Origin: Octopus vulgaris
Lineage: Eukaryota
Length of the DNA stretch: 64,000 nucleotides
Direction: 5' to 3'
Assembly (NCBI GenBank): GCA_951406725.2
Contig: OX597819.1
Coordinates: forward strand, 54,002,001-54,066,000
A program made the translations under genes and the position numbers. The notes beneath the pieces were generated by a model. That model was given only the letters and a program-made list of their open reading frames with translations, searched no databases and had not been told where the DNA came from. This document shows positions 38,664-51,406 of the stretch, one piece after another (positions within the stretch are counted from its first letter, which is position 1; each line of letters starts with the position of its first letter).

Positions 38664-40599
38664 GTAAGTAAAAATATTATTATTTTTTTTTTAAGTTGTT
38701 GTTTTCTTTTTCTTATTTGCTGGTTTCAGTCATTCAACAATGTCCATCCTATCTTCAACACCTTGTTAAGCAGAATGACCTTAGAGCCTATTTTAAGCTT
38801 GGTACTTACTGTATCAATTTTTGCTTGTTGAATCACTAGGTTACATAAACAAATGTAAGCATGGCTACAGACATCAATGTACACTGTGTGTATGGCAATT
38901 TGCTGTGCTTGAGAAAATACATCATGCTAAATAAAATCATGGCTATCCACACATACAGGCACGTCCTTTATGGCCATAAAGCCACTCCCTTCTCCCCTGT
39001 CCTCTGACAAAACTCACCACAAGTCATCTCCCCAAAACACCACCACCCACTGCAGGCCTCTAGTTCCTCTTACCATCACTTGCTATCTCTAAATATCTCC
39101 CCTCACATGCTTATGGAACATCTCTGTCCCAACTCTACTACTTATACTCCCCTCCACTGTTCCCTATGCATCAGCTCTCACTCTTATTGTCTCTATCTTT
39201 CTCTCTCTCTCTCCCACCTCTCTCCACTTCCTTACCCTACTGGGTTAGCCAAGTATCTTCTCTGGCAATCCCATGTTGGTGGCTCATAGAAAAGCACCTA
39301 TGTTGGTGTCATGTAGACATACACCCGTGTTGGTGCCATGTAACAAGCACCCATGCCAGTGCTGTGTGTTTGTGCACCCATGCTGGCTCTATGTAAAAAA
39401 GCATGTGTGCTAGTGCCACAGGAAAAGGTACCCACGTTAGCATCACATGAAAAAGTCCCCATTCCAGCTTCATGTAAAGAGCACCCAGCAAACTCTGTAA
39501 AGTGGTTGGTGTTAGGAAGAGCATCCAACCATAGAAACCTTGCCAGAACAGATGACTGAAACCTAGTGCAGCCCTTCTAGCTTGCCAGCTCCTGTCAAAT
39601 TGTCCAACCCATGCCAACAGATGTTAAATGATGATGATGATAATTCACACACACACACACACATATATCTACACACATACACACACACACATATTGTGCA
39701 TGTAATGTGTATGTTTGAGGACAGCTGTATAAACAAGTGCATGGAACTTGCAAAAGAGGGAGAATGAAGAGAACATGGGAGGAAAAAACAAGGGCTGATC
39801 TCCAGATACTGAACCTCACAGAGGTGATGACAATGGACTAGGCTGACTAGTGATGTGAAGTTCTTGAGAAGATCCATCTACCTCAGCAAAACTGAGTTCT
39901 GCAGGTGTTGTGTATTATGTGCTCACCACTCAAGTTATATTGTTTCATTTTCCTGCAATAGACCACACTACAGCTCGTCATGCACTATGCCTGTCTCTCC
40001 CCAACTCCTACTCCTGCTGTATGACTTCTCTTTGTCCTCCTCCTCCTGTCAACTGTATCATTACTCTCCTACCTCTGCATATCCATCCCCCCCATTCATG
40101 ACTCATTGGTTATTACCCTTTAATCCCAACCAACTCCTTTTATAGTTGCACAAACTGCCTCTCCATCCCTTTGTTTTCTACTCCTCTTACAATTTTGCAA
40201 TAACCCCACCCACTTATGCTTACTTTGTACCTCATGGAGTATCCTAGACACCTCATCTCTTATCTATCTCTTTGCAGTTCATTCTGATCATTCTCTCCCT
40301 CCTCTACAAAATGTGAGGAAACAGGTAAATCTTCTACAAGTAGCTACTCTGCCTCCACATCTCTCATACTCTAATCCCACTTTTCCTAGCATAAAACCAA
40401 ACACCCCTCCCTCAGGGTTCATAGTCTTGCAAGGTGCATGGCAACATCAGCAGCACTGGTTTCACATAAAAAGCAACCAGTATACACTGTAAAGTCGATT
40501 GTGCTAGGAAGCAAACATTGAAGCATAATGCAGTTCTTGAACCCATTGGAATATGTCAAACCATCAAACCCATCTATGCCAGCTTGGAATAAATGATGA

Positions 40600-40641
<42 letters not shown>

Positions 40642-40645
<4 letters not shown>

Positions 40646-42127
40646 TCATCATCATCATCATCATTGTTTAACGTCCACTTTCCATGCTAGCATAGGTTGG
40701 ATGATTTTGACTGAGGGCTGGCGAACCAGATGGCTGCACCAGGCTCTAATCTTGATCTGGCAGAGTTTCTACAGCTGGATGCCCTTCTTAACGCCAACCA
40801 CGCCGAGAGTGTAGTGGGTGCCTTTTACGTGTCGCCGGTACGGGGCCAGTCAGACGGTACTGGCAACGACCTCGCTCGAATTTTTTTACACATGCCACTG
40901 GCACAGGTGCCAGTAAGGCGATGCTGGTAACGATCACGCTCGAATGGTGCCTGTTATGATGTTCTTGGCATACTACTAGCAGGGGCACGTACCAGTAAGG
41001 CGACGCTGGTAACGATCACACACGAATGGTGCCTTTTATGTGCCACTGACACGGAAGCCGGTTAGCCGCTCTGTCAACGAACACACTCGTATGGTGCTCT
41101 TTGCACCCCGCTAGCACGGATGCCAGTCATCGAATTTGAGTTTAATTTTGATTTCACTTGCCTCAACAGGTCTTCGCAAGCAGAGTTTAGTTTCCAAAGA
41201 AGGAAAATGTACGCACAAGTGGGCTGGTTACGCTCCTGGCATAGGCTATGAGGTTATGGTATCATTTGGCTTGCCGGTTCTTCTCAAGCGCAGCATATTT
41301 TCAAAAGTCTCGGTCACTAATCATTTCCTTGGTGAGGCCTAAAGTTCGAAGGTCGTGCTTCACCACTTCATCCCAGGTCTTCCTGGGTCTACCTCTTCCA
41401 CAGGGTCCCTCAACCGCTAGGGTGTGGCACTTTTTCACACAGCTATCCTCATCCATTCTCGCCGCATAGCCATACCAGTGCAGTCGTCTCTCTTGCACAC
41501 CATATCTGATGCTTCTTAGGTCCAACTTTTCTCTCAAAGTTGAGTATGCACACTGACATTACACATCCCTCGTATCATACTGGCTTCATTCCTTGTGAGC
41601 TTACGCATGTCCTCAGCAGTCACAGCCCATGTTTCACTGCCATGTAGCATGGCTGTTCGTACACATGCGTCATACAGTCTACCTTTTACTCTGAGCGAGA
41701 GGCCCTTTGTCACCAGCAGAGGTAAGAGCTCTCTGAACTTTGCCCAAGCTATTCTTATTCTAGCAGCTGCACTTTCAGTGCACCTTCCCTCGCTACTGAC
41801 TTGATCACCTAGGTAACGGAAGCTATCAACTACTTCTAGTTTTCCTCCCTGGAATGTGGCGGAAGTTGTTCTCTGTGCATTTTCAGAGTTTAATGCTCCC
41901 AAGCATCTGCCACATATAAAAACTATCTTCCCAGTTAGCTTTCCTTTGATATTATTGCACCTCTTATGTATCTATAGCTTACACTGGGTACATCTTATAG
42001 AGTTTTTACCTACGCCTCTACTACAGATTGGGCAGGGCCATCTACCTGAAGGGATTTGTGGTTTGCCTGCCTTCGTACTTATTAGGACTTTGGTTTTAGC
42101 TAGGTTGACTCTAAGGCCCTTTGATTC
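40642..42127 (-). mobile_element. 5'-truncated RTE LINE in the intron
   Basis: FRYLGD...LSLRVKGRLYDACVRTAMLHGSETW...GRGRPRKTWDEVV; (CAT)n tail next to (TA)n; close relative of the copy at 28.9-30.4 kb. Confidence 0.93.
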
Positions 42128-42166
42128 TATATACACCCTATATACATACCTACGTATGTATGTATA

Positions 42167-42979
42167 TAGGGTGCAGTGAATAAACTGTTGTCTAAATTAT
42201 GCAAAAATGAAAAGAATGACATTTCATTTTAACAGATATATTTACCAAAATATCTTGAAATACTAGAGAGTAAATTTATTCAATAAAATCGCTATTGGCT
42301 TCAGCCACGGCCTCTCCGGCAACTTTTCTGGACGGTTTCCTTGTTTAAGTTGGTGTCATAATCTTTGCCTTCAGTTCATCTTTAGTGTTACAAAGGGTTT
42401 TGTTGGCCTCTCACTCAACTGCGCCCCACATATAGTAATCAAGGTGGTTGCAGTCTGGGGAGTTAGGTGACAAGATGTTAGTGATGGTGTAGTCACAGAA
42501 ATTGTCTGACATCTATATCTGGGTTCTCCTGCTTGTGTGGTATGGTGCAGAGTCCGTTTGCCAGGCATAGTGTCTTCCAGCAGTACTACCCCCTCCAGGC
42601 ACTTGATGTAGGCTTCTGTATTGAGTTTGAGGCCACATGGGAAGATGAATGGAAGCATAACTTCACCATCACTAATGATCACTCCAAACTCCATGTTGTT
42701 GACTGGGTGTTTGATTTTTATCACTCTCAGTACATGTCCTGAGATTGACACCCAATCATTCTGAAATGTTCATATTGGAGCTTCCAGTGTAAATGCCAAG
42801 CAGCACAGCATGTTCTTTCCAAATTTCTGGCAGAGTGAATTGCATTGTGGTGCTGTTTTTCTCACAGACTGTGCCCAAGTGACCCTACTATACTGTGTAG
42901 TTGACAAAATCAAAAACAAACAATGTGCATACACGAAATTAAAAATATAAAATGGCACCTATTTATCCATTGCACCCTG
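42167..42979 (-). mobile_element. Tc1/mariner-superfamily remnant
   Basis: TIRs agggtgcagtgaataaa / tttatccattgcaccctg with TA flanks; KHPVNNMEFGVIISDGEVMLPFIF...NTEAYIKCL and, in another frame, PNSPDCNHLDYYMWG. Confidence 0.85.
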
Positions 42980-44807
42980 TATACTTGCAACCCCCATCCC
43001 TTATTTCATTCATCTCTTGTCAATGTTACCTTATAAACAATATATATTGAAACTGTATTAAAATTTCTCATTTAAAAAAAACATTATCTTTGAAAAATTA
43101 GAATTTATTGTTTTCCATTTAAATTTGTTTATATTTGCTTTTATCCTGATAGTTTGTTTTGGCACTCCATCATTACCATCTTTATCTTGTTCCCAACAAC
43201 TCTTTCCCACTCCTACATAATATGTGGTAGCCACATGTCTCCTCTACAACAAGACACCTCTGCTTGTCCCTCTATCATATTTTAGCTTTTTAATAGTTGG
43301 CATAAAGCTACATCCCTCTCTTGAATATCCACCACCACCCTATTTAGTAGTAAGAGCTTTTTCCTTTTCTTTTTTCCCTATTCCTTTTCTATCTTGCAAG
43401 TTGCTTGGCAACCTCACTAGTGCCATTGGCATGAGAAAAAGGATTCAGTAAGCATTGTAAAGTGGTTGGCCGTGAGAAAGAGCATCCAGTTGTAGAAACC
43501 ATGCCAAGTTGACACTGGAGCTCAACACAACCATGTGGGTTGACAGGTCATGTCAAACTGTCTCATACATGCCAGCATGGAAAACAGATATTAAATGATG
43601 ATGATGATAATGATTAAATATATACCCATGCTAGCATGGAAAGCGGACGCTAAATGATGATGATGATGATGTATGTGTGTGTGTGTGTGTGTGTAGTCAA
43701 CGGATGAGATCCAGAGATTCTCAGTATAGAAAACACTTCGTAGCACTCAAATGATTTGAACTTAAACTCTGATGTCTTTATGAGGGACCAATTTCCCAGG
43801 GTAAAGAGTGGCTGTAAGGAGAATCAAGGTGAGTGGATATGGAGGCAATTATACAGATAAACAAATTAAATATAACAGCTTGGGTTTGATATACAAAATG
43901 TAAGAAAGAAAGCAAAGACTGAAGACTTTCAGAGAATGAATATTTAAGTATAAATATATAGATATTTATATTAACAGATCAAACTTATACAGTGTACATA
44001 TGACAGAGAGGATTAAAGGTAGAAAGGTAAGGTGTTAATAGTCCAACAGCTGCTTCTGGGGTTTCAGAGATCCATTATAATAACTCCCTTATCCCTTTTC
44101 ACCCATCCCTGCCTCAACACTCCTCACATCCCCACCAAACCTATTTCCTCCCTCTAATACTGCTTGCTCTCCACATTTAATCATTCCCCCTTTAAACTTC
44201 TCTGCATTACGATCTGAAATGTAAGGTCATTTTCTAGCTTGATGACTCTCTCTCTCTCTCTCTCTCTCCCTCCCTCAGTGTGTGTGTTTTTTTTGTGCAG
44301 TCATTCACACATGTCAAGATTGAACTTCTACTTGCACACCATTGTTACTTTCTCTCGACCTTCTTCAGTATTTCTTAACTCACCTAGTTAACAATAATTA
44401 TAAATTACAACAAATGCATATTTTGAATAGCCTCGGCACTGCTATTTATTGCTACCCCTATTGGTAACCCTTCCATTCCTCTAATGCATTCATAGTCCTG
44501 CTTCTCTGTCAGTTTTTTAGATATCACATTTACATCTTTAGTTTGCTTGTCATTTCTAAAGTCCACAATCTTCTCTTTTGCCACAGACTGTATACGGCAA
44601 CTTCCCACACAAAATTTAAATGTCATGTACTTGGTTACTAATTTGTATATTGCTATGTTGTATTTTATACTACCGGACTGAAAATTGCCCTCTTTTAGAT
44701 TTTGAAGCTCCTTGACAAACTACCATGAGAATTAGGTTATTATTTTCTAAAGACATCTTGTTCTAAACCTTTGGTTCTTGTTTCTAGAATTATAATGCAT
44801 AATACTT

Positions 44808-45292
44808 ACTGTAAATTTTCGAGTATAATCCGCATTTTTTCCCCAAAAATTTAAAGGTCAAAATCCCTAGTGCGTATTATACACAAGGTTAAAAATGAAA
44901 ATTATTTTCTAAGAAATGTTCGAGAGTCTATTTGCTGTCCGGCAATGTTTATTCAGACGCATTTTGTGATGTCGGGTGTGAAAATACCTTAAGTTAAGCC
45001 TGAAAGCAATGAAGTCATAAAAGAATCATCCATAACTTGCAGTAAGCAACATTTATTAAATGTTATTACTGTTATTTCTTTATTTTCTGCAAACAAAATG
45101 CACAAAAATGCTACACATTTGCATTATGTTATATATACAATAATAATAAAGGACGTTACCGTATACATTTTTACAAACCAAGGACGTTATATAAACCTCC
45201 TTGATTCAAGTTAGAGAAGGGATGTGTATTATACACAAGGTTTAGGATTTTCAGAGGTACAGCCCCATAAAAATCCCCTGCGGACTATACTA
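44808..45292. mobile_element. Possible pogo/Tigger-like non-autonomous element
   Basis: Starts tactgtaaattttcgagtataatccgca; recurrent tgcgtattatacac motifs; ends tgcggactatact (inverted to the left end). Confidence 0.45.
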
Positions 45293-45345
45293 AATTATCG
45301 ATAAAAACTATTCTAAGTCATTTATTTATGTTTCATTTTTTTCAG

Positions 45346-45373
45346 TTGTATGGGGTCACTGAGAAACCTAGAG
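45346..45373 (+). CDS. TIR-RHIM-repeat protein, 28-nt micro-exon
   Basis: tttcattttttttcag|TTG TAT GGG GTC ACT GAG AAA CCT AGA G|gtaagt; phase 0 in, phase 1 out, exactly bridging 38663 and 51407; encodes LYGVTEKPR. Confidence 0.75.
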
Positions 45374-46011
45374 GTAAGTGAAAGCAAAATCAGTTCTTCT
45401 GAAAGGATCACTAAAAATGTAGCACTTGTTATTCCATCTCAACTGCAAACCCAAACAGTATCATATCTAAACTGTTCTAACTTTGCTAGACTCTCTGAAT
45501 TTGCCCAAATTCTTGAGGCTTCTGTTGTTGCTTGTATACAATGTGAAGCTACAGATATTGTCACCGTTGTATATACTTTTGAAAATAATGTCACTTAATA
45601 AACTTAGTAGGTAATTAGTAAACTACCAGCAAATTCTAGTACTTTCAACATTCAACAACTATCTTTTGATGGACCTGCATCTTTTCTTGTCTTAATGTCC
45701 TTAATTATTAACTTTACATGTATAAATCTTTATTAGATATCCATTCATATTCCTTTTTTTAGTCACCTCTTTCATGCTTATTTCTTTTCATTGTTACTGC
45801 GACTAAGTGTGCCATTGTCATGTCCAATACAATTTTATTATATGATATTCTAATTCATATAAACACAATATGCTTTTATTCAGAATAATTCATGATCTAA
45901 TCACATTGAATAAAACGTTTTCAAACTCATTCATGTTTGCTCTTTTCTTCACTGAGTGAATCTGTCATCATATTTCTTCTGTAGCCTTCTGGAGTTACAG
46001 TGTGTAACAGA

Positions 46012-46485
46012 ACCCCTATCTTGCACAGAACATTGACCTCCTGGAATCTGTCCAGAGACGTGCAACCAAACGCATACCCTCCATCAGACACCTACCATAT
46101 TCTGAGCGCCTTGTTTCCCTGGGCATGGATTCACTGAAGCTCCGGCGTCTGGCGACGGACTTGGTAAACACCCACAAGGTTATCAACCACCTCACCAACA
46201 ACAACACTGAACACCTTTTTGATCTCCATGTGTCTAACACACGTGGACATGGCTACAAAGTCAGAAAACAACACAGCTCCCATGACTTTCAGAAACATTT
46301 TTTCACGCTCAGAGTTGCTGAAGCATGGAATAAACTGCCTGCGTCAGTTGTTGACTGCCATGACACTGCATCTTTTAAGGCCCTCATGCTTTCCGAAATC
46401 CGCTGAAACTTCACCTGATTATATATACACTTTAGATGAGTTGTAATGCACCTGAGCACTGTACACAATTATTATTATTATTATA
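46012..46485 (+). mobile_element. CR1/L2-group LINE 3' end
   Basis: LESVQRRATKRIP...YSERL...SLKLRR...NTRGH...FFTLRVAEAWNKLP followed by an (ATT)n tail. Confidence 0.9.
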
Positions 46486-47609
46486 TTACATTCTTTTTCT
46501 TTGTCTTTTAGACTCCTACTTACCTTTTTATTGCTTTATTACCACACTTCCCCATCTCATGCCTTACTTCAATCAATGGCTGGCACCAAGTTCTTCTTGA
46601 GAAATCTTAAGCTATCCACTGTGTTATAGGTTTGTCTCCTCTTCTCTATCAAATACAAGTGGCAAACATACTCTTACAAGAGTGTCTTTCAACTTCCATA
46701 CCATCTTTAGTGTTGTGACTTCTCTTCTATTGTTGTGACTTTATCATCACCATCGTTTAATAGCCGCCTTTCATGCTGGCATAGGTGAGACAGTTTGACA
46801 AGAGTTGGCCAGGCAGAAGCCTGCATTAGACTTCTGTAACTGTTTTGGCAGGATTTTTACAGCTGGATGCCCTTCCTGACACCAATCTCTCAGCAGAGTG
46901 GAGTTAGTGCTTTTTACATGGTACATGCACAGGCAAGGTCAGTTTTGGCAAAGTTTTTACAGCTGGATGCCCTTCCAAACGCCAACCACTTTATAGTATG
47001 GACTGGGTGCTTTTAATTGGCACCTGTACTGACAGGGTCATTAAGTACTTGCAAAACAAAAAAAATTCTTTTGAGAGGAGAGGAGGTGATCATGTGTTGG
47101 GTGATGAAAGGTTATAGTGAGAGAGAGACAGAAACAGGTGTCTTGCTGTCGAGGAGGTACAAGGTTACCCAGCTGGAGAGAGAAAGGGAGATCAGGAACG
47201 AAGACAGAAACAGGTGCGGTCGCAAAGGAAATACATGGAAGTGCAGGAGTAGGAGACAGCAGGATAGAGATGGTGACAAAGTGCCAGGCATACTCACGAG
47301 GGACAGGGATCAGAATATAAATGGGATGGTTGAGTAAAGGAAGAGAGAAATATAGGTGGTGGCAAGTGCCAGTGCACACCCTTGAGATTCGAATGCCATA
47401 ATATAAGTGGCGGGATTTTGCGAAGGAAGTGTGATTAAAGAGAGCTGGTGGGGCGAGTGGCAAAGACCTGGGTATATATAGAGTCAGGGGAGCTACTGGA
47501 TAGCAATGATACAGAGGAACAGGGCCATGCGGATAGGATTGGGGAGTGGGAGCCAGGCATAGTGCATGAAAGAAGAAATGTGAGAAAGAGAAGTGATGTA
47601 GAGATGTAG

Positions 47610-47775
47610 AGGCGCAGGAGTGGCTGTGTGGTAAGTAGCTTGCTAACCAACCACATGGTTCTGGGTTCAGTCCCACTGCGTGGCATCTTGGGCAAGTGTC
47701 TTCTGCTATAACCCCGGGCCGACCAATGCCTTGTGAGTGGATTTGGTAGATGGAAACTGAAAGAAGCCTGTCGTA

Positions 47776-47814
<39 letters not shown>

Positions 47815-48001
47815 TTGTCCCCCTAGCATTGCTTGACAACCGATGCTGGTGTGTTTACATCCCTGTCACTTAGCAGTTCGGCAAAAGAGACCGATAGAAT
47901 AAGTACTGGGCTTACAAAGAATAAGTCCCGGGGTTGATTTGCTCAACTAAAGGCGGTGCTCCAGCATGGCCGCAGTCAAATGACTGAAATAAGTAAAAGA
48001 G
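47610..48001 (+). mobile_element. tRNA-derived SINE family A, full length
   Basis: Head ggcgcaggagtggctgtgtggtaag...gggttcagtccc, body ...ggaaactgaaagaagcc, internal (TA)n, tail ...tgactgaaataagtaaaaga. Confidence 0.88.
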
Positions 48002-48059
48002 TATGTAGTTTAGTTTGTTGTAGTAGAGTGTGTGAGAAGTTTCTTAAGTGTGGGGGAGA

Positions 48060-48552
48060 CACACAGCACTTCTAGAACTCAATTTCATTGACGTGGATGG
48101 GTCTTTTCAAGAGCTTCATATCGCCAGATGTCTTAGTCCATTGTCATTTCCTCTGTGAGGCCCAACATCCTGAGATCGGTCCTTACCACTTCATCCCATG
48201 TCTTCCTGGGTCTCCCTCTTCCACAGTTACCATCCACTTTCAGTGATTGGCACTTCTTTATGCAGCTGTCCTCATTCATACGCATCACATGTCCAAACCA
48301 ACGTAGTCTTCTCTCTTGCATGCTACATTTGATTCCTCTTATAACCAACTTTTCTCTCAATACATTTGCACTTTGTCGTACATGCACACTGATGTTGCAC
48401 ATCTAACAGAGCATACTACCTTCATTTATCTCCAGTCTACATGTCTTCTGCATTCAGAGCCCATGTCTCACTACCATGGAGTATTAGCTGTTCACACACA
48501 AGCATCATATAGTCTACCTTTCACTCTGAAAGAGAGTCCTCTTGTTGCCAAC
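48060..48552 (-). mobile_element. RTE LINE fragment
   Basis: ORF 48133-48402 RRLRWFGHVMRM...GRGRPRKTWDEVV. Confidence 0.88.
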
Positions 48553-49479
48553 TTACATCTAATTTATAATGGAATTCATCTAACTTGACAGAGACTTAAT
48601 GGTCACTAACTTGTTAGAGAAGAGTCTTTCTAGTACCTACTTATCTAGAGAGAATTGCTTCTACTGCTAAAAAGGAAACCACATCTCACATAAGTATATA
48701 TTTAGGACTGAAAAGTAAGCCATTTTGATCACATTCTAGTTGCTTATTATTTAAGATAAAGGGAGGTTATCAAAAGAGGATAGATTACCTAGTAGTAAAG
48801 ATGACGCCAGTGAATGGATGGATACTAAGATTAATATACCATGCAATGGCATGCATTGATATTGAAGGATGTTTTTATGTAGGTGAATAAAAGTGTGTAG
48901 ACTGGTGGTTAGAATGTCCAGCTCATGATTCTAAGATTGTGGGTTTAATTCTCAACTGTAGTGGAGCTGAGTTTTGGTACAGTTATCTTTCCATCCACCT
49001 GTCACATCCTAGATATGCCTCTGGGTCAAAGATGAGGGAGCCAAGCGGGTATTTATATCAGCTCACAACTACATAGACACCTAAACCAATTAGCAAAAGT
49101 ATGGCAGGCACATGTTACTAAGCAATTGAGCTTGCCGAGTCTTCTCAAGCAGAGCATATTTCCAAAGGTCCTGGTCACTAGTCATTGCCTCGGTGAGGCC
49201 CAATGTTTGAAGGTCATGCTTCACCACCTCATCCCAGGTCTTCCTGGGTCTACCTCTTCCACAGGGTCCCTCAGCACTTTTTCACACAGCTATCCACATC
49301 CATTCTTGCCACATGGCCATACCAGTACAGTCATCTCTCTTGACTATAAATATTATATATAAGACATTAATTTTTAAAAAAATGGTATTTATAACACATA
49401 CTGGAATTAATTTTTTGTTTTATGTTTAATTTTTCTTTTTGTAATGTTTAACTATAGACACAGGTGTCTATAACCACAT

Positions 49480-49895
49480 GGTTGCTTCCCAACCATGTGG
49501 TCTTGGGGGTCAGATTCACTGAGTTGCACTTTTGGCAAATGTCTTCCACTATATCCCTGGGTCAACCAAAGCCCTGTGAGTGGATTTGGTAAACAGAAAG
49601 CCCATTGTGTACATATGCATGCATGTGTGTGTGCGCACACGTGTGTGTTCATACATGTGCGTTTGTGTGTACCCTTGTCTAACATAACAGTTTGGTCGTA
49701 AATGAACATCATTGTCGTGGAAGCAAGGTTGTTCGTTTCTAGCCTTCTGTGAAAAACATGTCTAGTTATGAGAAAATATTGCTTTGCTTGGAAACAGGTG
49801 ATGGGAAGGGCATCTGGCTATAGAAAATCTGCCTCAATAAATTCAGTCTAATTCATGCAATCGTGGGAAAGTGGACATTAAATGATGATGATGAA
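49480..49895 (+). mobile_element. SINE with family A head and RTE-like (GAT)n tail
   Basis: Head near 49480-49605; tail ...ggaagggcatc...gaaaatctgcctc...aaatgatgatgatg, also seen at 35440-35620 and 53885-54095. Confidence 0.65.
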
Positions 49896-51406
49896 TTGTT
49901 AGTTATGACTCAATATCAACTCAAATTAGCCATTTGTTTAGTCTGTAGCACAGATAGTTTGGTGATAGTTGTTACTTACATCAATCTGTAAACAACGCGG
50001 TTGAAGTAGTCTCTCTTGGCAGTTGAGTGTTTTTAGGCTACCTCTATAGGTGGCGTCCTTTTAGCCTTTAGCTTTGGCTGCATGCCAAAAAGGATTCAGT
50101 AGGTGGTTGACTTTTAGCAAGGACAAACCTGTATGGGACTCTCTCAGCAGTTATGCCACACATGTGCCTTCAACACATTCTCCATTAGAACAATTAGCCC
50201 ATCTCAAATGGATGATTATCTTTAAGGGTTATTTCCTTGAGTTCCACTTTTTGTTTTACCTGAAGAAAAGCCTATTGCTAATTACTAGGAGAATGTTGTG
50301 GCATGTTTGGAGATACATCTTCTGTTATTACATTTCTTGTAATCCTTGTAAAATTCCACTGGGATGTTTGAATCATGTTCCATGCTGGAATAAACTCATG
50401 TATTTATGGGAGCCCTTTAAGTGACTTACTTCCTTCTTGTGAGAAAATACAAGGAGAATTCGAAGGGAATGCGGAATGTCAGGAGAGAAAACTACATATC
50501 CAGCATGACTACTTGTTACAAGTTTACTTTCTAACAAGGATGATCCTGAATATTGTTAAAATGCAATTAAATCTGACTTGATAATGTTTAAGCCAAAATA
50601 CCATCAGAGTTTTTTTTTTACCACTGAATATCTTAAAGTAGTTTATTGTGATATCCAGTAAACATGTTCATTTTTTCCCATTTGTTTAAGTTCTTTACTA
50701 TATTATTTAAATTAACATGAAAATATTTTTATCATAGTGTTTTATGTGTTTCTTTTTTTTTTTTTCTTTTTCTTTTTGTAGATCTAATCTTCCTCTACAA
50801 GTTCTGTTTTTACCAATTTTGAAATTTGAAAAATGTTTACCTCTTTTCAGATATAACAACACATTTTTTTTTTGTCCTTGGTAGCAACTGTTATTTCTTG
50901 TTTGTTTACCCCTAGAAAGTATAAAAAATAGTTAATATTTCCTTCAAACTTTGCTTTTGTACATTTATCTAAACCTCAAAGCATCCTTCTCAACACATGG
51001 CTATAATACATCCCCACTCCTCCTACTCATGATCAGAAATGCACATATTGTCAGCCACTAAGGGACATGCTCAGGTGGTTATAGTCAAACCACTGACAAG
51101 CAAATCTGTGGTATTGAGCAGAATATTTGCTATATATATTTGCTATTTCAGCTGTTTGAAATGTAATGGAAAATAGATTAGTTTCAAAACATTGATGTTC
51201 AGGTCACAAAAGCAAAGTTTGAAGGGAATAGTGATCATTTCCTTTGATTTCTAGATAGAAGCAAAGAGAAACTAAAGACAAAATAAAAAAAAAAATGTTA
51301 CATAGAGTAATGGAGTGCCAAGTACAAAGAAAGAAAAAGAAACAAATTTATCTGACAACCCAATAGATATTTAGATAACTAATTAACTTTTTTATTTTTT
51401 TTCCAG

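Noticed and set aside
38664-38831. Hydrophobic, transmembrane-like C-terminus of ORF 38154-38831
   Set aside because: It lies after a consensus GTAAGT donor and is T-rich intron read-through; the spliced model explains the region better. Intron retention is not excluded.
45350-45598. 82-aa ORF starting MGSLRN, a possible myristoylation start as in TRAM
   Set aside because: Its ATG lies inside the micro-exon in another frame and the ORF runs through the GTAAGT donor into intron; no homology recognised.
47752-47763. ISRE-like GGAAACTGAAAG inside the TIR-RHIM gene
   Set aside because: It is part of the family A SINE body (also at ~1361), so its presence here is not locus-specific evidence.
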